Source of the DNA: Eledone cirrhosa | Taxonomy: Eukaryota | DNA length: 64,000 nucleotides | NCBI GenBank assembly: GCA_964016885.1 | Contig: OZ024743.1 | Span: forward strand, 240,250,001-240,314,000 | Direction of reading: 5' to 3' | In this document: in pieces, positions 53,093 to 64,000 of the stretch | How the letters are laid out: every line of letters begins with the position of its first letter | Numbering within the stretch: the stretch's first letter is position 1 | Program-made: the position numbers and the translations under genes | Notes under the pieces: generated by a model | Database searches by the model: none | Seen by the model: only the letters and a program-made list of their open reading frames with translations | What the model was told of the DNA's origin: nothing

Positions 53093-54278
53093 CAACACAA
53101 GAAGATGTGAACTCCCCTCAAGCTATAGGGTCTTCTACAGAACATGAAAACACCTCTCGGCCAGACCTCCCTCAAGCTATATGGACAATTACAACACCCT
53201 AGGTTGTGAACTCCCCTCAAGCCATAGGGAACAACCCAGGCGGAGCAGACACCATGATAGCCTAGAGATAGAATCGGACACAGCCATAATAATCTGGCCA
53301 ACATCTATAACACAAACACTTTTGATTTACCAGATTTCTGACTTTAAAGTTCCAATCTTAAATCTTGATTTCTCTTTATTAATTTGTTATTTGTTTTCTG
53401 CCCTCTTCACTGTATAACCTTATATTTATTTTAAGTTGAGATAGATTATAACACAAACACATTGAATATCTCATCTTAACATCTTGTATCATACCAATCT
53501 ATCCAACATATTCTGACCTTGAGATTGGTTATAGCACACACACACACACACTTTATCCTACATTATTTCTCACTTCTCCATGTACATTATCATTACTTTT
53601 TCACCAATCTCTCATTTACTCTTTATTCTCTATTTATTTATTTATTTATTTTCAAATTACACAAATTATATTAATTATTTTATTTTATTATATTATTTAT
53701 TTATCTTCTGTTTTCTTCATTTATTGCCTTATATTTCTTCATATACATGAAAGAACCCCCCCCCCCCCCCGCCACCACCACTACGATGGTGGCGGGTGGG
53801 ATGAAGAGAAAACACAAACTGAATACTTCTAAATTGTTAGCAGCAGCAAGGTATAAGCTGACCACTACAACAACAACAGTACCAAAATAATGGTGGAGGT
53901 CAAATGTACTGAACAATAGCAGGCATAAACACCACAGGGAGCCTCACCCCAGAAAGAATTCTATAGACTTCTGACTGAGGAATGCTCTCAGAACTGAACA
54001 ATGGGAAGTTTGACACATTTTTTGATATTTTGTTCCTTCAACACCTTGTCCCTTCTACCATTTTATCAATTTTTAAGCTAACTCCAACAATGACAACGCT
54101 AATAACTGACCAATGAGAGGAGAAGGGGACTTGTGACACGAAAATTCGTTTGTTTGAATTCATATGACTCCAGTTCCCCAGTGAATTAACAACCCAGCAA
54201 GGAACTGGGCATATCAGAGTATTGACAATATCATACACCTAAACAACATATGTACTTGTCTATACCATACTAATTCAA

Positions 54279-54333
54279 ACTGCCTGAAGAGGTCACAGCC
54301 AAAGATGGCTGTCACTGAAATATATATAGCAGT
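54279..54333 (+). ncRNA. Type-I hammerhead ribozyme (right pLTR)
   Basis: ACTGC-CTGAAGA-GGTCACAGCCA AAGA TGGCTGTCACT-GAAA-TATATA-TA-GCAGT. Intact core, 5-bp stem I, long stem II and palindromic stem III, with AATAAA immediately after. Confidence 0.85.
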
Positions 54334-54382
54334 AATAAACGAAGCTAAATTTTAATCATTTGACTTTTATTTAACTTTATTT

Positions 54383-54459
<77 letters not shown>

Positions 54460-54465
<6 letters not shown>

Positions 54466-54625
54466 AGAGTCGGGACCCAATGGTTGAGCTCTTGACGTTT
54501 CAACAGCTAGTTCCAGACTGTTGAAACGGCAAGAGCTCCGCCGTCGGGTCCCGACTCTTTATAGTATAACCATACTCTGCTACCCAAAGTATTGAGTACT
54601 CTGTTTAGTAATGGTCTAACCAATG
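54460..54625 (+). mobile_element. Fold-back element related to family B
   Basis: TATAAAGAGTCGGGACCC...TTTCAACAG-loop-CTGTTGAAAC...GGGTCCCGACTCTTTATA plus a tail with ATTGAGTACT. A fragment of the same family lies at ~62502-62550. Confidence 0.75.
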
Positions 54626-55011
54626 TCAAATTGATCCTGATTTATATAAATTAACGTTAAGACAGTTGTTACATAATTGCATTTATTGCACAATACGTAT
54701 TTCAGGGACACCAGTGTGCAGCCGTTTTCTTGTCATTACAACCGGCATTGGGTTTATATCAGCCTTTAACAATTAATTGAAGAGGTTGATATGCCACACC
54801 CAAACTAAAATACTTATTATGTATTAAATGCTATTATGTAAAGAAATCTGATTTAACGTTATTTGATACATAGAAACTCTGTTGCGTTTGATCCCCATCG
54901 TAATGATGGATATACACGATTGACGTGGGGCACTCTTACCTGCTTACACCTATTTGTCAATGAGACGTCACAATGCAACTCTTACGGATAAACAAGTCAG
55001 TAAACAGCAAC

Positions 55012-55148
<137 letters not shown>

Positions 55149-55172
55149 GTGTGCACGTACGTGCGTCCTTAA

Positions 55173-56006
55173 TCTACACATAATATAAAAGAGAGATGTT
55201 TGTTGGTTGATTCCTTCGCGCATTACATAAAAACAAAAACTGACAATAGAAAAGTAAGTACAGCAATGGAATGAGGGTATACCCAGGAAGGTTTATTGAT
55301 ACTAATTTTATAACATCAAAGAAGAAGAGTAGCATCCAGGGTATGCTAACCAAGCTGACTGTTATTTCTAGCAGGTTGGGAATCAACTATAAGGGATTCT
55401 CTCGGCGTGTTCCTCGTCAGTGATGTTCGTGTTTCGCGGCCAGCGTCTCCGATTCGAACGCTGGTTTACACACACACACATTCACACATTTATATATAAC
55501 TATCTATATCTATATATAAATATCTATATCTATATATAATATAAAAGACTGGAACTTCCATCATCCTTTTAAGAAACGTGGACCAACCACGTCTATACAA
55601 TGGCACACGATTTACAATCAGGTGGAAGATGAACCATCTCCTAGAGGTCACTATTGTTGGAGGCAATCATCAAGGAGAAAATACATTTATTCCCAAGATT
55701 CCTCTCATCCCTTACCTACCGAACTGCCGTTCAAATTCTCAAGACTTCAGTTCCCTGTTAGAGCCAGTTTTGCTATGACAATAAATATATCTCAGGCTCA
55801 GAGTTTCAAAGTTGCAAGTTAATCGCTTTTATCCATTGACAGTTATATGTCGGTTGTTCACGAGTAGGAACACCTAGAAATCTTCATATACTACACACAC
55901 ACCACGGTCTCACCTCATACTGTAAACGAGACAACGCATCCAATACAGTCGTATTCTCTTCTACATGTCATCTGATTACCCGGGCGAAGCTGGGTACGTC
56001 AGCTAG
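55173..56006 (+). mobile_element. Non-autonomous Helitron carrying a PIF1-helicase C-terminal remnant
   Basis: LLRNVDQPRLYNGTR...FIPKIPL, LPFKFSRLQFPVRASFAMTINISQAQS. 3' hairpin ACCCGGGCGAAGCTGGGT (55978-55995) then CTAG|T. The 5' A|TC start is at 55173 (alternative near 55523). Confidence 0.85.
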
Positions 56007-56299
56007 TACTATATATATATCTATGTATTATATATTTTTACACACAATTGTATATGTACATAAATAAATGTGTGTATAGATGGACGTGCACATAATATAT
56101 TTAATTATCTAACATAGATATATAGACTCCAGTACTTGACTTGTAATTTATTTTATCAGCCCTCGAAGGATAAACAGTGCAAAGTTGATGTTGGCAAAAT
56201 TTGAATTCAGAACAACAGTTAACTAGATGTTTTTAAGTATTTTGATCCGACGCTTTAATCCTTCTACTAATTCATCAGCATCTATTGTGCTAAATAATG

Positions 56300-56510
56300 G
56301 TTTGATTTAGGCACAAAACCAGCAGTTTTGGGGGAGGAAAAGTCGAGTAAATCGTATTCAATGTGTTACTGGTAGTTTATCTTATCGACCCTGTAAAGAT
56401 AAAAGGCAAAGCTAACCTCGGCGGGATATGAGCTCAGATTATAAAGGACCATAACTATATGCTACAACGCATGCTGTCCGATGCTCTAACGATTCTCCCA
56501 ATCCACTAAC
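56300..56510 (-). mobile_element. tRNA-derived SINE (a second, more diverged copy at ~56125-56280)
   Basis: Family core atcgaccctgtaaagataaaaggcaaagctaacctcggcggg. Confidence 0.7.
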
Positions 56511-56663
56511 CTTATTGGACTAATTGATTGTTTCTACTTTTGGCTCAAGGCCAATGTAAAGAGCCAAGCTGGAGCAAACACTGAGAAGCATTTGTCTGAT
56601 GCTATCGACGCTCTCGATTGTACTAAATAATAATAACAACAACAACAACAATAATAATAATAA

Positions 56664-59510
56664 TGGTTTCCTTTATTGGCCACAAGGAATGTCATATAGG
56701 GGACAATACAAAGACAAGGACAGTGGGGGTTTACAATAAAGTTGAGTAAAATTACACAATAACAAAAAACAATCAACAATGAAAATATATAATATATAAA
56801 AAATATAAATAAATATAACAAAATAAAGTCCCCAATAATGGGGCGAACTACCCAGAGGCGACTCAGGTATCCCATCAATCCTGAACCACCTGACGCTTCG
56901 AGGGCACCTGGAAGGGCATCCCTCTACCCCCAAAATTAACCAGCCTACAGGCTCATGCTCAGAATAGGCCCTTTCACACGGGTCGTTCTCGCCACATTCA
57001 CCCACCTTTTAGCAAATGTACTAGGGGTGCAGTTCTTCTCTCTCCACCCTTACCTTCTTTTCCAAGCGAAATTTGAAAAAGTCGATGAGGGATTGGCCGA
57101 GAAAAAGAGTGTCTGTCTTCAGTCCTTTCAACGTGGTCCATCACACAACCTCTTTTGCTATCGCCACCAAACAGAAAGATTGCATGCTCTTCCCGGCCAA
57201 AATAAGGCGGCGAGGCGATCTTCACTATAGACTCGGTCGATAGCTGGATCAGTTCTACACGCAACAACAGCTGTTTGACATACTCCACAAGTCAGTAATG
57301 CACGGACACTGGACGAGTGCGTGCAGAACGGTTTCGTCGCTCTGCGCGCATCTCAGGCAGGTCAATCTGAGAGCATTTCCGTGCTTGTAGAGTTTATCTC
57401 GAATCGGCAGTACCCCCCTGTAGCACTGCCAAGCGATGGATTTCTGGACGTTATCCAAAATCCCCGGCTCGAATGTCCTCCGGAAAAGACTGGTCAATTA
57501 GACATTGTCGGTGCCTAGAGCCTCTCCGAGTGCGTCGTTGTACTTACCCACCACTAACCCTCTATGGAATTCGACAATCGAAGTTCCACTGACCGCATTC
57601 CCGACCTGATAGAGGGCAGTGAGCGCCTGTCAACAGTCCAGATGTAGGCGCCCAGTCTCGGTCTCTTCTTGACCCAGGACTGCAGCTCAGTCAAAGAGAC
57701 GAGATGCGGAAAGCCTGTCTCAAAACGGTGACCATACCTGTTCACAGTTTAAGCAGAATAACTGGACATGCGGCAACCCAGCCTCCCACGTAGAGGTTGC
57801 TGGCAGCAGATGGACCGCCTTACCAACGGAACCTATCCCCTCCACAAGAGGTTGAAGAGCCGTTCCAATTTAGCGAGGTTCGAACGGGCGTAACACACGA
57901 CAGTCAGACGGTAGTAGATGACGGAGGCGATGTACGCGTTCGCTACCTCCAGCCGTGTGTTTTCTTTTGTGGAACATGATTTGCGGTTGTGTCGGTGTTG
58001 TTGGTTATGGTTGTATTTTTGTTGACGGTTGTGGTATTGGTGTTGTAGGTCTGTCTGTGTTTGCTGTGGGTGTGTTTTGTGTGTTTGTTGGTGTGTGGGG
58101 GGACTGTGTCAGAGTGGAGTGGGAGTGTGTTGACGGGTGTGTGAGAGATATGGTCGGTGTGTGTATGTTTTAAAGAGGGGGAGAGGGGTGAACTTATTTG
58201 AGTGACTCTCTAGGTCGTTTTCATGGTCTTTGTTGTTGTAGCTGGTGGTGCTGTTTCCTTTACTGTTGCTACTGCTTGGGCTAGTGTTGTCTTTTGTCCA
58301 GGCACCAGTCTTGGCAGCAACAGAGGTTTGTGGTCCCCTGCATTTTTCAGTAGAGGGCAATAGGCTCACAGGTGTGTGGCTTCACCACAAATGAAACAGT
58401 GCGGCTGTTTAACCTCCTTGACTACCTGGTCTTCGTATCCGTCAAGTAATTTGATGTGGTCCGGGATAGTTTTGATGTCTTTGAGTCTGATTTGGAGAAT
58501 AATCTCCAAACCAGTCCCGGACCACCTCTTCCCCTTAGTAAATATGACGTCGAGGAGCCTCTGCCTCCACGCATCCCCAGAGCCACCATAAGTCCAGTCC
58601 TCGTTGGATCCTAGGACCACGGACCTTTACTGTTCTCCTTCTCATGTAGGACGGGTACATGATTATTTGGTCCTTTTTCCAGGGAATTACAGACTGATTG
58701 ATAGACAGGGCCTCAATGTTGAAAAGCCTTAAGATGCTCTGGAATTGTTTGGCCCTTTCTATATGCTCTATGTCATTATGATGCATTTCAGTGCAGCCTC
58801 TACCTGTCCTTCAGATGCTGTCTTGACTTTTCGAGATTTCACTGAAATGCATCTATATTTCAGTGTTCTCCTCTCCTTTGCTATGATCACCTCCGCTGGG
58901 ATATTTAATTTGACCCAGGTCTTTTCTCTAGTTATTTTTTTTTTTTTGCGCTTGGTCAAACGTTCATTTTTTTTTTCTGTTAAGTCGAAATTGTATAGCG
59001 TTTTACTCTTTACCGCTGAGACTGTGAAAGTAATCCTGTTTACGTTACTGTTGTTGTCGTTCTTTTTTATGCTGCCGTTTAGCTGCTTTTCATTGTTGCT
59101 GATAGTGTTGTCGTTGTTCATATTGTTGTTGCTGTCATTTTTGTTCTCTGTTTTTTCACTGTTGTTGGCGTTGTTATTGTTGTTTTTGTTGATGGTGCTG
59201 GTGTTTGCAATGGTTGTTAGAGGGGTGGTGTTACTCCGCTCGATGTTTAAGTCTCTGTCACTTGACAGGTGACTTAATGGGAGGGAGCTGTCTCGTCCAT
59301 GTTTTGTTTTTGAAGAAAAGAAAAAAAAAAAAAAAGTTCAAATATTTGGTCCCAAGGTCCCAAATATTATGGAGTCACCATTACACAGGGCAAAGACGGA
59401 TGTCTTATGACTCCTTTGTCACTCAAAATACAATTTATTCAATGCAAAAATATGAAAATTAACCGAACACATGGAGCTCACAAAAACACGTCTTCACAGT
59501 TCGACAGCCA
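56664..59510 (-). mobile_element. Internally deleted Tx1/L1-clade LINE (ORF1 remnant plus ORF2 3' end)
   Basis: ORF1 Zn-knuckle CFICGEATH at ~58370-58400. ORF2 zf-RVT-like AWQCYRGVLPIRDKL..CLRC..DETVLHALVQC. 3' AATAAAGGAAACC plus an (ATT/GTT)n tail. ATAATAATAAC on both sides. Confidence 0.75.
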
Positions 59511-59643
59511 ATGATAATAATAACTGGCAGTAGAAAACTAATTTTCTGGTTGTGTGTATTTATGGTCTCTCACTTTTATTCTTTTTCTCACATCACTCTC
59601 ATTCTCTTTCCTCTGTATTAAGCTGTCTTACCTTTTGTCATTC

Positions 59644-59691
<48 letters not shown>

Positions 59692-59777
59692 ATTATGTCC
59701 AGATAATTATTTTGCCACCTATGGTAATATTGAAAGCAAAAAGCGATGTGTGTGTATCCATATATATATATTTGGGT

Positions 59778-59836
<59 letters not shown>

Positions 59837-60339
59837 CGTGTGCGCGTGTGTGTGTGTGTGTGTGTGTGTTTGCGTAACAAAGGGGTGTAAACGTCCAACT
59901 GAAGTGAAAATGAAAAAAGTCAAAAGAATAAAACGTATAACAGTTGGAACTGCTGATACAAAATGCGGTTAAAGAGCTTAACATCGATAGAACATACAGA
60001 CAGGTAAATAGATGAAAAATACAAGGAAAAACAACACATTGTGTACTATTGTTATTAGAGGACTAAATAGCCACAAACTACAACAGTCACAACACCTACA
60101 GCAGCAGCAACCACAGCCATTAAAACAACTACATCAGCTACAGCAACTAATACAACTATAATGACAGCAACAGTCACATATACAACTGTTGCCTTGTATT
60201 CTGTACTGATACTAATAAAACTGATTAAAGATAGAAGTATATGGACAAAATAGCTTTTGGTGTTGTTAGTGGAATTGTTGTAGATGGGTTATCTTAAACA
60301 TAGTTTCAACAGTTTTTTTTTTTGTTTTATTTTAAACAC

Positions 60340-61250
60340 TTTAGTCTTTATTGTGTTGTATCAGATGACAGAATGGTATTTAACTAATGTATTGGTACGC
60401 GATGGGGCCCACCCATAGCCCCGGCGGGCAGAATGGAGAAGGCGTTTCCCCGGAGAGCAACAAGGTAGACGCGCTGGAAAAGCCACTCCAGCTTGCGGGG
60501 CTCACATGCGGCTGGTCAGCTCAGCGCCTATGGTGGTGAGTAAGGAGGTAGCCCTGGGGCCGAGGACACCAGAAGTCTCCACTGCCAGGGGAACGACCGC
60601 AAACCTGTCGGAGAGCGACCGGTATTTGAGGAGTTTGGCCTCCTCAGCCCGACGTGCAGCAGAACCTGGGTCAGTTGCAGACTGCACCAGGTTGCGGCTG
60701 CAGAAAGCGTAGGTGCAAGTGGCATCCCAGACGAGGGGTTTGCCACCGCGGAACGGGAAGATGGTCATGCCATCTGGCTTTTTGCCGCCCCCTCGATCCA
60801 TCCCCACCGGCTCGAGCTGGGAAAGGAAGCCTGCAGCGTCCAAGCCATGCTTAATGACCTCGTTGAGGGCAGCATGGCGTGGAATGCGGCCGGCACTGTG
60901 GTGACAGGAAAGCGGGTGGAGGCCGAAATAGTCCACGGTGGAACTGCAGCGACATTGGTGTGGCTGGCAGATCCGGAGGCCGAGCCTCAGGGAAACGCCG
61001 ATTCGCAGGCTATGGTCGTCTAGCTGCGTGCCAGTGGAGAAGGAGGGCACCACTGTGGGGTTTGGCGGCCACACGAAAATAAGCAAGGTGGTGCTGGTCG
61101 AGCTGGCGCGTGAGCCTGTCTGAGGCCAGGCTGCACTGGATGGCATCCCAAGTTCGTTGGCGGGACTTGACGTCAACAGGGGGAGAAGGAGGATGGACGT
61201 CTACTGGGCCAAGTCCCATCCGGTCCCACGTCTCACAGGCGGCCTCACGT
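60340..61250 (-). mobile_element. 5'-truncated CRE-clade LINE (CCHC plus restriction-like endonuclease)
   Basis: LRIGVSLRLGL..CRC..HPLSC..RHAALNEVI..LEPVG..KPDG..LVWDATC..KLLKY..VPLAVETSG, followed by AATAAA and an A-rich tail. Confidence 0.85.
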
Positions 61251-61421
61251 TCTCTGAACACAGAGGGTTCTGTTGTGTTTTGTAGGTGATGATATTGGCA
61301 GAGATATTGACGAGTAGTTTCAGTGACAGCATGTGAAGGTTTGGTGAGTAAAACGTTACTGATTGGGGAAAATAAGTTGGTTCATCGCCTGTGTGTGCAC
61401 GCACACACACACCCACACACA

Positions 61422-61501
<80 letters not shown>

Positions 61502-61559
61502 TATATACATATATATGTACAAACATATATATACATATACATATATACATATATATTAT

Positions 61560-62280
61560 TTCTTCTTCGCCCACTTAATCCTGGGAGGTTCGTGGGGGAA
61601 GAGTCCTCAAACACTCCCTCCAGCGTGTCCTGTCAGAAGCAACTGTCTTCAACTGATTCGGCTTTATCCCCAAGCGTGACCAGCCAAGCTCCTGTGACAT
61701 TCTAACCACATGCTCATAGTATCGGAACTACGATCTCTCAATTCGGAAGAGTAGCGGCTCAACACAGAGGGACTCTCCGATCTCCACGTTACGCACTTTA
61801 TTGAGTAACATTACTCCAAAGACCATTCGGAGGAACCCCATTTCGGCCGCTTGTATTTCAGTCATTACCCAAGATTCAGGACCATAGGTAAGGGTTGGCA
61901 CGAATACCGAATTGAAGATAGCGAGTTTGGCTCTTACACCTACCTCCCTTCTGGTTACTGAATGCTGATGCTAGCGCATTACTGCACCAGCTTTTGAGAT
62001 ACTTGAACTTCTCTGCCTGCTTCAGTGGAACTCAATTTACATGTAGAGTGCACTGCGCAGGCTTCCTTGAGAGGATGGGCGTTTCAGTTTTCGCAGCACC
62101 AAATTTCAATCCATCCATGCAGCACTTGGCATCAAACCTATCAAGTGCAAGTCGAAAATCACCTTCTGTGGATTTAAGTAGCACCCTGTCGTCTGCAAAT
62201 TCAAGTCGACTGATATTACACCTGCCAGTCATGATAACACTCCAAACCGGCTGCGCATCTCAATCCTGTTCATGTAAATA
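61560..62280 (-). mobile_element. RTE LINE 3' fragment
   Basis: LEFADDRVLL (RT catalytic motif), IQAAEMGFLR and a (GAA)n-like tail. Confidence 0.8.
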
Positions 62281-62283
62281 ATT

Positions 62284-62466
62284 GTTTCTACTTTTGGCAC
62301 AAGGCCAGCAATTACCCAGTGTATTACTGGTACTTTATTTTATCGACCCCGTAAGGATGAAAGGCAAAGTTAACCTCGACGGGATTTGAACTCAGAATGG
62401 CAAGGGCCGTAACTCTATGCGTCAAAGCATGGCGTCCGACCCTCTACCGATACTGCCAATCCACCG
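62284..62466 (-). mobile_element. tRNA-derived SINE with target-site duplication, inserted in the RTE
   Basis: CCTGTTCATGTAAATAAT starts at both 62265 and 62467. Confidence 0.9.
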
Positions 62467-62780
62467 CCTGTTCATGTAAATAATAATTATATAAGTATAT
62501 ATTATAAAGAGTCAGCTCTTGTCGTTTCAACAGCTAGTTCCGGACTGTTTGCCGAAGATCTTTGCGGTTTACTGGCTGTATCATCAGGGGTCTGCTTTGT
62601 CCAACTACATTATCAACACTTGCAATTGTAAATTCTCTTCATGTAAGTGTTAATTGTTTATATGGTTAGGGAGTGGGTGTGTAGATATCTAGCTTCGTGA
62701 GTGTGAATATGCATGGTCAACTTGAGATAGAATAATCGTGAAGAGGGGCGGGGGGAATTATATTTATTGAAAATATATTA

Positions 62781-62814
<34 letters not shown>

Positions 62815-63718
62815 GTGCGTGTGTGTGTGTGCGCGTGTCTGCCCCCTGGCATAGTTATCGCGACCTTCAGAATACAGGTCTTTAGAACTGGCGTCAGACC
62901 TAGCAGTAGATCACTGAAATCAAAGAATTGTCCAAATTCACCGATTGGTGAATAAATGAACTTATGTTTTAGTTATCTAAAGAAAAAAAAGCAGCAACCA
63001 GCCGGTACTATTAATGTAAAATATAGTGGAATATTTTGGTTCAAGTTTATTTATTAGCAACTAAGGTAGCACTTAAATTACCTTAAATTACGGTTAGGAG
63101 TATAGATTTGATTTACTTAAAATATGGACATTCCGTGGAACAACGGGGTTAGTGGTGGTGATCATATTTCATGTAGAGAGAGAGAAAGAGAGAAAGAAAC
63201 GTACGTACCAACAAAACAATTCAACGGGACAGTGTGACAAGGCTGGCTATTTTACATTACAGACTACATTCCATGGGCTTCCAAACAGCTTTAGTCTAAC
63301 CAATTTTAATCACAAGGCATGGGTCAACCCAAGGCTATAGTAAATGAAACTTGCCCAAGATGCCATTCTCTGGGATGAAACATTGGATATAATACTACAA
63401 GTATATATCAACTTAGATTCTACTGATTTTGCCAGAATATTGTATATAAAGGCAGGAGTAATAGTTTTACATATGCACAAGGTCTTACGTTCCTGAAACG
63501 AGATGGGTAATTTATTTTATTGATTCCAGAAAAATAAAAAAAAGATAAAAAAGGTAAAGTCAACCCCAGATCATGCAGGAGTATAAATACCGCAATGCAT
63601 TTTGTCCACCACTCCATCGAAGATTTTGCTCCGCATACAATTGTAACAATGATTTACATTTAGTTGGGCGAGGAGCACTTCTACACGGGCCTTCAAATGT
63701 GCCACATAGGATACAAAC

Positions 63719-63869
63719 GATAATATAGAACCTAGTTATTCACCTAGGCATATGGAGACAAAGAGGATAATATAGAACCTAGTTATTCACCTAGGCATAT
63801 GGAGACAAAGAGGATAATATAGAACCTAGTTATTCACCTAGGCATATGGAGACAAAGAGGATAATATAG
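63719..63869. repeat. 47-bp tandem repeat, ~3.2 copies
   Basis: GATAATATAGAACCTAGTTATTCACCTAGGCATATGGAGACAAAGAG repeated. Confidence 0.95.
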
Positions 63870-64000
63870 GACGTAATTGTTCATCCAGCCACGTTATTTT
63901 GATAAACTTGTCCCCTCACAACCCTTTAACAATAATTTCTAACAAAAGCAGGAGATCAGAAATTTAAGGTATAGCCGATTAAATCGACCCTATTATGTAA

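Larger units (their letters stand above)
50680..54388 (+). mobile_element. 5'-truncated Penelope-like element with ~1.12 kb inverted pLTRs (50777-51900 and 53257-54384)
   Basis: The arms are near-identical reverse complements (mirror ORFs 50922-51122 and 54038-54238). They enclose a GIY-YIG ORF. Flanked by (TA)n, and the left arm carries an extra ~100-bp tail. Confidence 0.92.

Noticed and set aside
58745-59272. Hydrophobic 175-aa membrane-like ORF
   Set aside because: It is the antisense of the A-rich, low-complexity ORF1 region of the Tx1-like LINE.
63719-63869. CRISPR-like appearance of the 47-bp repeats (also the 38-bp repeats at 29785)
   Set aside because: Head-to-tail repeats without unique spacers, no cas genes, and a eukaryotic context.

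Overview
Eukaryotic (animal) non-genic or intronic DNA, very AT-rich and full of (TA)n, (CA)n and (GA)n microsatellites. The repeat landscape suggests a coleoid cephalopod such as Octopus; this is an inference only. No host protein-coding gene is evident, and most ORFs in the track are microsatellite artefacts. The window holds two decayed hAT transposases, RTE, R4/Dong, Tx1/L1 and CRE LINE remnants, a non-autonomous Helitron, several MITEs, more than 10 tRNA-derived SINEs, minisatellites and a recent 3x ~2.44 kb tandem duplication. The dominant signal is a dense cluster of Penelope-like elements (PLEs). It includes one near-intact RT + GIY-YIG ORF (47528-49639) and an endonuclease-only copy between 1.1 kb inverted pLTRs. 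It also includes about 10 short fold-back hairpin elements sitting in (TA)n tracts. Many of these carry minimal type-I hammerhead ribozyme motifs, and several otherwise unrelated families share a YGAGYRCY motif in a one-sided tail. All calls were made by eye, so element boundaries are approximate.
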